64,000 bases of DNA from Eledone cirrhosa (taxonomy: Eukaryota): the NCBI GenBank assembly GCA_964016885.1, contig OZ024741.1, positions 41,664,001-41,728,000 on the forward strand, read 5' to 3'. The notes under the pieces were generated by a model, which was given only the letters and a program-made list of their open reading frames with translations, was not told the origin of the DNA and searched no databases. The translations under genes were made by a program, and so were the position numbers. Of this stretch, positions 52,815 through 64,000 are shown in pieces. Position 1 is the stretch's first letter. Every line of letters begins with the position of its first letter.

Positions 52815-52970
52815 GAAGAAGAAGAAGAAGAAGAAGAAGAAGAAGAAGAAGAAGAAGAAGAAGAAGAAGAAGAAAAGGAAGAAAAAGAAAAAAAAGAAAA
52901 AGAAAAAGAAGAAAAAGAAAAAGAAAACGAAGAAAAAAGAAAATGAAGAAAAAAGAAAAAGAGAAAGAAC
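52815..52970. repeat. (GAA)n/A-rich tract
   Basis: Direct reading. Confidence 0.9.
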
Positions 52971-53099
52971 AACAATTACAATAACAAAACTGGATTTATT
53001 AAGGAAGGAAATATAGTAACAATATTAATACAACAACAATAATAGAATCCCATAGAGATCAATAGAATTGATATGAAATATTAAAGAGATGAAATATCT

Positions 53100-53945
<846 letters not shown>

Positions 53946-54996
53946 ATTAGTCCTCCAAGCTATAACAGAGGAGTTTAAGATTGGCTGTCCATGGGAACTT
54001 CTCTATGCTGACGATCTGGTTCTTATAGCAGAATCAGTAGAGGAGCTAGAGAATAAATGCTGGCTATGGAAACAGAAGTTGGAAGCAAGAGGACTGAGAG
54101 TGAACCTAGCTAAGACAAAAGTGTTGATGAGTAGAAAAGAGGACAAAACGCTGATTCCGTCAGGGAAATGGCCATGTTCGATATGCAGAAAAGGAACTGG
54201 CATAAATTCTATAAAATGCACACAATGCAGATCCTGGGTACTCAAGAGATGTAGCGGGATAGCAGGCAAACTAACAGGTAGGGAGAAATATGTATGCAGT
54301 AGATGTACAGGGAAATTAGACAGTAGAAGTCGCATTGATAGACACATTTTTCAAATGCAGGAGGGCGCTATAGAAGTGGTGGATAGCTTCCGGTACCTAG
54401 GATATCAGATTAGCATGGGAGGAGGGTGTTCCGAGGCCATAGTATCTAGAATAAGGACGGGTTGGAAGAAGTTTAGGGAGCTGCTTCTTCTGTTGACGAA
54501 GAAGGGTTTCTCCCTGCGTACGAAAGGCCGGTTGTATGATGCCTGTGTGAGGAGCGCGATGCTGCATGGTAGTGAGACATGGGCAGCAACTGCCGAGGAT
54601 ATGCGACAGCATGAGGCAAGCATGCTCCGTTGGATGTGCAGTGTAAATGTGCGTGAACAACCCAGCATAAATGTGTTGAGACAGAAACTGTGTCTGAGAG
54701 GGATAGAATGTAGTGTACGGGAGAGGAGACTGAGGTAGGATGGACATGTGATGCGCATGGAGGATGACCGATGGGTGAAGAAGTGCCAGAAATTGCCAGT
54801 TGAAGGAAGACATGGTAGAGGTAGACCACGAAAAACATGAGCGGAGGTGGTGAGAACAGACCTCAGATCATTGAAGCTCACGGTGGAGATGACGAAGGAC
54901 CGTGACGAGTGGAGAGATGCTGTGCTGAATAAGACCCATCCCACCCTTGCAAGCAGGGAAAAGCGGACGTGAAATGATGATGATGATGATGATGAT
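53946..54996 (+). mobile_element. RTE LINE copy F (second subfamily), 5'-truncated
   Basis: LLYADD, PHD-like CSIC..CTQC..LKRC..CSRC, FRYLG, LHGSETW; very short 3'UTR ccacccttgcaagcagggaaaagcggacgtgaaa(tga)n; in TA. Confidence 0.95.
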
Positions 54997-55032
54997 ATAC
55001 ATATATGCATATAGATATACATACATATATAT

Positions 55033-55063
<31 letters not shown>

Positions 55064-55572
55064 CATATAGATATACATACATAAATATATATATATATAT
55101 ACATATAGATATACATACATATATATATACATACATATATATATACATATATATATACATATATATATACATACATATATATACATATATATATACATAC
55201 ATATATATATACATATATATATACATACATATATATATACATATATATATATACATACATATATATATACATATATATATACATACATATATATATGGTG
55301 GCTGCCAACTCGTTTTCGAGTACGGCCACAACTTTATATCCATGTAGGAGAACTCCTACCGATGCGCTGAACGAGTGCGACTTTTTAGTCCAGCCAGCGA
55401 CTTGAAAACTCTGGTACAAACACTACACTTGTATATATATACATACATATATATATATATACACATACATATATATATACATATATATATACATACATAT
55501 ATATATACATATATATATACATACATATATATATACATATATATATACATACATATATATATACATATATAT

Positions 55573-55627
<55 letters not shown>

Positions 55628-55911
55628 CATATATATATCATCATCATTTCATCATACATACATATATATACATACATACATACATATATATATATATACA
55701 TATATATATATACATACATACCATATATATATACATACATACATATATATATATACGTACATATATACAAGCAGGGAAAAGCAGACGTAAAATGATGATG
55801 ATACACATACACACACACATGCTTTGTTTAATTTGTGAATCTATGAAATTGGATGTGGGGCCATAACAGAGAAAACGTAGATGATAATAATAATCCTTTA
55901 TCCATTCAATA

Positions 55912-55942
<31 letters not shown>

Positions 55943-56159
55943 GCAATGATATGTAAATAGATGTCTGAGAGATTTCTCTATCAGACAAACCAAATATCAC
56001 TATTTGAAGAGTTCCTCTGCTTTTGTGAGTAGCATAAAAACTTCTTTTGTTTTTTTCCTTTCTATATGGAAAGGGTGGTGTCACGTTGGGTGGATAAAAA
56101 GAAGTTAGTTTCTCAACCAATATGTTAAATATATATATATACATATGTGTATCTAATAT

Positions 56160-56510
56160 ATATGTATATAATATAGGAATATATATAACACATATATACA
56201 TATTATATATATATATTATACATATATATATTATACATATATATATTATACATATATATATTATACATATATATATTATACATATATATATTATACCTAT
56301 GTTATACATACATATATCATACATATATATTATACATATATATATTATACATATATATATTATACATATATATTATACATATATATATTATACCTATGTT
56401 ATACATACATATATTATACATATATATTATACATATATATATTATACATATATATATTATACCTATGTTACACATATATATATTATACATATATATTATA
56501 TATATATTAA
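56160..56510. repeat. TA-derived 13-15-bp minisatellite (tattatacatatata)
   Basis: Direct reading. Confidence 0.85.
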
Positions 56511-56520
56511 ACATATCTGT

Positions 56521-56783
56521 CCACTGTAAAGTGGTCGTGTCGGTGACACGACAAAAAGCACCCAGTCCACACTGTAAAGTGGTCGTGTAGAAGACATGGT
56601 AAAAGGGGTCCCAGTCCACACAGTAAATGTGGTTGGTGTTAGAAAGGGCATCCAGCGACAGAAAACCTGCCAGGGACAGTTCTGTACAAGCGAGTCACGG
56701 TCTCCCAACCAATCTCACCTCAAGTGGAACAAAACCAACTAACCCATGCTAGCATAGAACAAGGACGTTAAACGATGATGATG
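56521..56783 (+). mobile_element. RTE 3'-UTR derivative with two 48-bp units
   Basis: Same units and 3' end as 1603-2040. Confidence 0.75.
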
Positions 56784-56850
56784 TATATTATATATATATT
56801 TGCAAGCAGGGAAGAGTTGACGTAAAATGATGATGATATATATATATATA

Positions 56851-56904
56851 ACCAGAATTAGCCGTCGAAACGGCTTGAGCTCAGCCGTCGGGGTCCCACT
56901 CGTT

Positions 56905-56908
<4 letters not shown>
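56851..56908 (+). mobile_element. Family P1 single arm (hammerhead 3' half)
   Basis: UAGCCGUC-GAAA-CGGC(UUGAGCUCA)GCCG-UC-GGGGUC..UUCCUA between TA tracts. Confidence 0.7.
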
Positions 56909-56955
<47 letters not shown>

Positions 56956-57114
56956 TTATATATTGTATATATATATATATAGATATATGTATGTATTATA
57001 TCTTTATCATCATCATCATCACCGTTTTACATCCGTTCTTCCACGCTAGCATGGGTTAGACGGGTTGTCCTGTTGTGGACAGTGTCCGGTTGGCTGATAT
57101 ATATACATTCACAC

Positions 57115-57146
<32 letters not shown>

Positions 57147-57164
57147 ATATATATATATATATAT

Positions 57165-57372
57165 AAAACAAAGAAAGTGTGGTAAGGAACCAGGTGGACT
57201 ATAACACCCCAGAGTACTCGATACTTAGGGTAGTAGAGTGGGTAATAAGAAAAGAGTCAGGACCCCAATAGCTGAGCTCCGGCCACTTCGACAGCTAGAT
57301 CCGAACGCATCTGTTCGGATCTAGCTGTTGAAATTCCCAAAGCTCAGCAGTCGGGTCCTGACTCTTTTCCTA
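57165..57372 (-). mobile_element. Family P1 divergent copy with ~127-bp fold-back
   Basis: Conserved tail plus arms aaaagagtcaggaccc..acagctagatccgaac(gcatct)gttcggatctagctgt..gggtcctgactctttt. Confidence 0.8.
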
Positions 57373-57968
57373 TACATACATACATACATACATACATACA
57401 TACATACATACATACATAGCAATAGCAGACATGGTCTGGCTGGTGTTAAGTAATATTTATTTATTTTTCCAATCATTGGGGTTTTTTTGTGTGTTGCTGT
57501 TTTTTTAAGATAAGTAATTCATCAAATTTCAAATAAATAGATATTTTTTATTTTCTTTATAATAGTAGTTCTATTTATTTATTGCATAGTTTTCCTTCTT
57601 CCATATATCATATAGATATTATTGTGTAGCACCAGTGATCTCTTCTCATGTGGAGACAATCTGTCTTTACTATAGGGATTTTCCTATTAAGATTTAACCC
57701 TTCTCTTACCATATTTCTGATGAATGACTGCCTATGATTTTCAAATATATATATATATATATATTTCATCATCATCATCGTTTAACATCCATTTTCCCTA
57801 CTAGTTCGACAGGTTGTCTTGTTTGAGGCAAGTTGGATCAGATGACCGCGTCTTGCTTACACAGAACTGTTTCTGGCTTGGTTTCTATGGCTGGATGCCT
57901 TTCGTAACACCAACCATATTTACAATGTGTGCTGGGTGCTTTGTGTCAAGACTCCTAAAAGATGGACA

Positions 57969-58185
57969 TTAACCCTTTAGCATTTAAACCGGCCGTATCC
58001 GGAAAGAATTCTCTCACCTCTTTTTGCTCAATCTGGTCATAACTGGCCACTCATACTGATGTTAAGGTATTGTTCTCAAAATAAATAATATCAAAATCTC
58101 ATAGATTCGACAATATGTGAGATATTTATGTGAGGTAAAGCCTTTACCATGAAAATGCAATAGTATATATAGAGTAATGTAAATG
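57969..58185 (+). mobile_element. piggyBac-type MITE copy
   Basis: TTAA-CCCTTTAGCATTTAAAC start; interior matches 7842-8070. Confidence 0.65.
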
Positions 58186-59272
58186 ATCATCATCACCATT
58201 TAATGTCCATTTTTTCATGCTAGCATGGGTTAGACGAGTTGTCCTGTTGTGAGCAATGTCAGGTGAACATGTCTGTCTCATACAGGACTGATTTTGACTT
58301 GGTTTCTGCAGCAGGATGCTTTTCCTAATGCCTATATATATTTACAATGAACATACAGTTTGAAAGGCAGTTGGATGGACAATAACTCTAATTCAAAGGG
58401 CCAACCTTGTCAAACTACATTTCCCTGTGATTTATGTTAAAGGTATATGTGCTAAGGGAAGCAATTCATGAAAATTTCTAGCGTGCTAAAGGTTAAAAAG
58501 TGTTACACTTCATTTGATTCTTAAAAACAATAAAAGACAAAGTTAAATGTTTCTTTACCATATTTATAATGAAATACATTGTAGTTGAAAGAATTTGGAA
58601 AGATTTACTAAAATAATGAAGTATTTCATTATTATGTTTGTATTTGTAGTATACCTTAACCCTTTTGTTACCAATCTTGCCAAAACTGTCTCCGGTTCTA
58701 GGAAATAAAGCCACCCATTTAAATTAAGATCTGCCAACATAATGTTCTATAACAATTTACATTAAGTTACTATCTTGGTAATGAAATAATAATTTTAGTA
58801 AATCCCTTAAGATTCTTCATTAATCAATTGAAATACAGTATGAAAGAGCTAAGAAAAGGTTCTTATGTCAGATTATGCTGAAAGATTCTAATATAAACAG
58901 GAAACCTTTAAAATTGAGATGGGATTTATAGAACCAGAAGCACTTTAAGATGGATTGATATCAAAAGGTTTAAGGGCTCTCCCCACACACGATTATGCAT
59001 GCTACTAATCTTTCTGAAAGGAATTTAGCAATGTAAAAATAGAAGACCAAATAAAATAGCAACAAGTTGGAATTGAAACTAGGATGCAAATATGGTTCAT
59101 CGGAATGTTGGTTCTACTATACTTTACCATTCTACTGAAGAATGAATGTGTATGGTGTGTGTAATGATGTTACAGATGGCTCCATCAAACTGAGATTCCA
59201 TATTCAAAGAAATATTTTGTAAAGAAAAGAAATAAAAGGACAAATTTGTTTAAAATAAAATTATTATTATTA

Positions 59273-59328
<56 letters not shown>

Positions 59329-59734
59329 TAACAATAATAATAATAACAACAACAAACAACAATAATAATAAAACTAAACTGCTTTTGATACAGATTAGTT
59401 TAAAAAAATGAAAATAAAAAGAGAAAAAACAAGAAAAAGAAAAAAAAAGCCCACCAAGAATGACAAGCAATTCCAACCTTACTTCCTATTGTTCCAGTAC
59501 ATTCTACTAATTTCTGATGATACCCATATAACATGTAGAAAATTACCAACATAGCAATTGAAAAGAATAAATTTCTTCCAATTCAAAAGGAATGAAGAAA
59601 AAGCAAATCCAGAATAGAAAGATAGGAAAAGGAAAGGAAGGAAGGGAGGAAATAGTGGAAGAAAGTCAAGGAAGGAAATATCACAAGAATAGTAAAGAAA
59701 AACAGGAGCAAACAACAAAGAAAAATACAACAAA

Positions 59735-62700
59735 ACACCACCAAATAAATACACCAACACCACCACCAACAAGTAAATACACCAACACCAAATACACCAC
59801 CACCACCACTAAATACACCACCAACACAACCACCATCAAATACACCAACACCACCACCACTAACAACAACACCAAACTAATACACCACTGTCTAATATCA
59901 CCAACAACACCACCATCACCATTCCAACACAAAACTAATACATCACCACAGTCTAATATCATTAACACCACAACCACCACCAAATAAATACACAAACACC
60001 ACCACCACCAACACCACTATCACCATCTCCATCACCAACACCACTATCACCATCACCATCACCAACATCACTACCATCAACACAACCACCGCCTTCACCA
60101 ACAATAACACTACCACCAACAACACCAATAACACCAAACTAATATATCACCATTATCACCAACAAAAACACCACCACCATCACTACCACCACCACCACTA
60201 CAACAACCACCACCAACACCACCATCACTACCACCACCACTACAATAACCACCATCACTACCACCACCACTACAACAACCACCAACACCACCATCACTAC
60301 CACCACCACTACAATAACCACCAACACCACCATAACTACCACCACCACTACAACAACCACCAACACCACCATCACTACAACAACCACCAACACCACCATC
60401 ACTACCACCACCACTACAATAAGCACCAACACCACCACTACAACAACCACCAACGCCACCATCACTACCACCACCACTACTATAACCACCAACACCACCA
60501 TCACTACCACCACCACTACAATAACCACCAACACCACCACCACTACAACAACCACCAACACCACCATCACTACAACAACCACCAACACCACCATCACTAC
60601 CACCACCACTACAACAACCACCAACACCACCATCACTACCACCACCACTACAATAAGCACTAACACCACCACTACAACAACCACCAACACCACCATCACT
60701 ACAACAACCACCAACACCACCATCACTACCACCACCACTACAATAAGCACCAACACCACCACTACAACAACCACCACGCCACCATCACTACCACCACCAC
60801 TACTATAACCACCAACACCACCATCACTACCACCACCACTACAATAACCACCAACACCACCACCACTACAACAACCACCAACACCACGATCACTACAACA
60901 ACCACCAACACCACCATCACTACCACCACCACTACAACAACCACCAACACCACCATCACTACCACCACCACTACAATAAGCACTAACACCACCACTACAA
61001 CAACCACCAACACCACCATCACTACCACCACCATCACTACCACCACCACTACAATAACCACCAACGCCACCACCACTACCACCACCACTACAACAACCAC
61101 CAACACCACCATCACTACAACAACCACCAACACCACCATCACTACCACCACCACTACAATAAGCACCAACACCACCACTACAACAACCACCACGCCACCA
61201 TCACTACCACCACCACTACAATAACCACCAACACCACCACCACTACAACAACCACCAACACCACCATCACTACAACAACCACCAACACCACCATCACTAC
61301 CACCACCACTACAACAACCACCAACACCACCATCACTACCACCACCACTACAATAAGCACTAACACCACCACTACAACAACCACCAACACCACCATCACT
61401 ACAACAACCACCAACACCACCATCACTACCACCACCACTACAATAAGCACCAACACCACCACTACAACAACCACCACGCCACCATCACTACCACCACCAC
61501 TACTATAACCACCAACACCACCATCACTACCACCACCACTACAATAACCACCAACACCACCACCACTACAACAACCACCAACACCACGATCACTACAACA
61601 ACCACCAACACCACCATCACTACCACCACCACTACAACAACCACCAACACCACCATCACTACCACCACCACTACAATAAGCACTAACACCACCACTACAA
61701 CAACCACCAACACCACCATCACTACCACCACCATCACTACCACCACCACTACAATAACCACCAACGCCACCACCACTACCACCACCACTACAACAACCAC
61801 CAACACCACCATCACTACAACAACCACCAACACCACCATCACTACCACCACCACTACAATAAGCACCAACACCACCACTACAACAACCACCACGCCACCA
61901 TCACTACCACCACCACTACTATAACCACCAACACCACCATCACTACCACCACCACTACAATAACCACCAACACCACCACCACTACAACAACCACCAACAC
62001 CACGATCACTACAACAACCACCAACACCACCATCACTACCACCACCACTACAACAACCACCAACACCACCATCACTACCACCACCATCACTACCACCACC
62101 ACTACAATAACCACCAACGCCACCACCACTACCACCACCACTACAACAACCACCAACACCACCATCACTACCACCACCACTACAACAACCATCACCAACA
62201 CCACCACCACCACTACAATAACCACCAACACCACCATCACTACCACCACCACTACAACAACCACCAACACCACCATCACTACCACCACCACTACAATAAC
62301 CACCAACACCACCACTACAACAACCACCAACACCACCATCACTACCACCACCACTACAATAAGCACCAACACCACCACTACAACAACCACCAACACCACC
62401 ATCACTACCACCACCACTACTATAACCACCAACACCACCATCACTACCACCACCACTACAATAACTACCAACACCACCTTCACTACCACCACCACTACAA
62501 CAACCACCAACACCACCATCAATACCACCACCACTACAACAACCACCACCAACACCACCACCACCACTACAATAACCACCAACACCACCATCACTACCAC
62601 CACCACTACAATAACCACCACCACCACCACCACTACCACCACCACTACAATAACCACCAACACCACCATAACTACCACCACCACTACAATAACCACCAAC

Positions 62701-63750
62701 ACCACCACCACTACCACCACCACTACAACAGCCACCAACACCACCATAACTACCACCACCACTACAATAACCACCAACACCACCACCACTACCACCACCA
62801 CTAGAACAACCACCAACACCACCATAACTACCACCACCACTACAATAACCACCAACACCACCACCACCACTACAACAACCACCAACACCACCATAACTAC
62901 CACCACCACTACAATAACCACCACTACCACCACCACTACAACAATCACCAACACCACCATAACTACCACCACCACTACAATAACCACCATCACCAAGAAA
63001 AACAACACCACCCTCAACAATCACCAAACTAATACATCAACAACACCACTACAATAACCACCACCACTACAACCGATACCACCACTAAACTAATACATCA
63101 ACAACACCACTATCACTGTCAACACCACTATCACCACCACCACTACAACTACCACCGTCAACACCACTATCACCACCACCACTACAACTACCACCGTCAA
63201 CACCACTTTCACCACCACAACTACCACTGTCAACACCACTATCACCACCACTACAACTACCACCGTCAACACCACTTTCATTGTCAATACCACTATCACC
63301 ACCACCACTACAACTACCACCGTCAACACCACTTTCACCACCACCACTACAACTACCACTGTCAACACCACTATCACCACCACTACAACTACCACCACTA
63401 CAACTACCACCGTCAACACCACTATCACCACCACTACAACTACCACCGTCAACACCACTATCACTGTCAATACCACTATCACCGTCAACACCACTATCAC
63501 CACCACCACTACAACTACCACCGTCAACACCACTTTCACTGTCAATACCACTATCACCACCACCACTACAACTACCACCGTCAACACCACTATCACCACC
63601 ACCACTACAACTACCACCGTCAACACCACTTTCACTGTCAATACCACTATCACCACCACCACTACAACTACCACCAATACCATTATTAAACTAATATATC
63701 AATACATCAACAACGCCAGCGTCACCATCATCATCGTCATCATCACCAAA
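59735..63750. repeat. ~4-kb ACC/ACT/ACA compound array with higher-order duplications
   Basis: Direct reading; marker accacgccacc recurs at spacings of 416, 284 and 416 bp. Confidence 0.95.
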
Positions 63751-64000
63751 CTAATACAAAACAAAACCTCCACAGAAAACAAAATAAATATGAAAAACAT
63801 TGTAAATAAAATAAACTGAGAGGAAATTAAAGTCAGAGAATAAATGTAGATGAAGATACAATAAATAACAAGTAGAATAAAGTCACAAAGATAGGGGGGG
63901 GGTCACAGAAACAGGAGGAAGTCAGAAAAGGAGGGAGGTCACAAAAAAAAGGTAACTTTTTCAGAGAAAGTGGAGAGAAAAAGTCACAAAAAAAGGGAAA

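Noticed and set aside
61462-63027. 521-aa Gly/Cys-rich loricrin- or shell-protein-like ORF
   Set aside because: One frame of the ACC array; it shifts into poly-Val and has no signal peptide or gene context

Overview
Gene-less, repeat-saturated eukaryotic DNA. The repeat repertoire (RTE LINEs with (GAT)n tails, tRNA-derived SINEs, very long (TA)n/(TACA)n tracts) looks like octopus or another coleoid cephalopod, but this is an inference from pattern recognition. No host exon could be supported. Almost all long ORFs in the track are translations of micro- or minisatellites. The real coding remnants are six 5'-truncated RTE LINE copies (longest 43075-45658, an open RT frame with a PHD finger inserted inside the RT), one CR1-type 3' fragment, a DD37D (maT) remnant and an internally deleted mariner. 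The most interesting layer is invisible to the ORF track: at least seven sequence-unrelated minimal type-I hammerhead-ribozyme (HHR) motifs, mostly in short fold-back elements embedded in (TA)n tracts, probably Penelope-like (PLE) pseudo-LTR relics. In one six-copy family the fold-back axis sits exactly at the predicted HHR cleavage site or in HHR stem II. A ~344-bp near-perfect inverted repeat carries two U3:A8 compensatory-variant HHRs. All structures were read and paired by eye; nothing was computed or searched.
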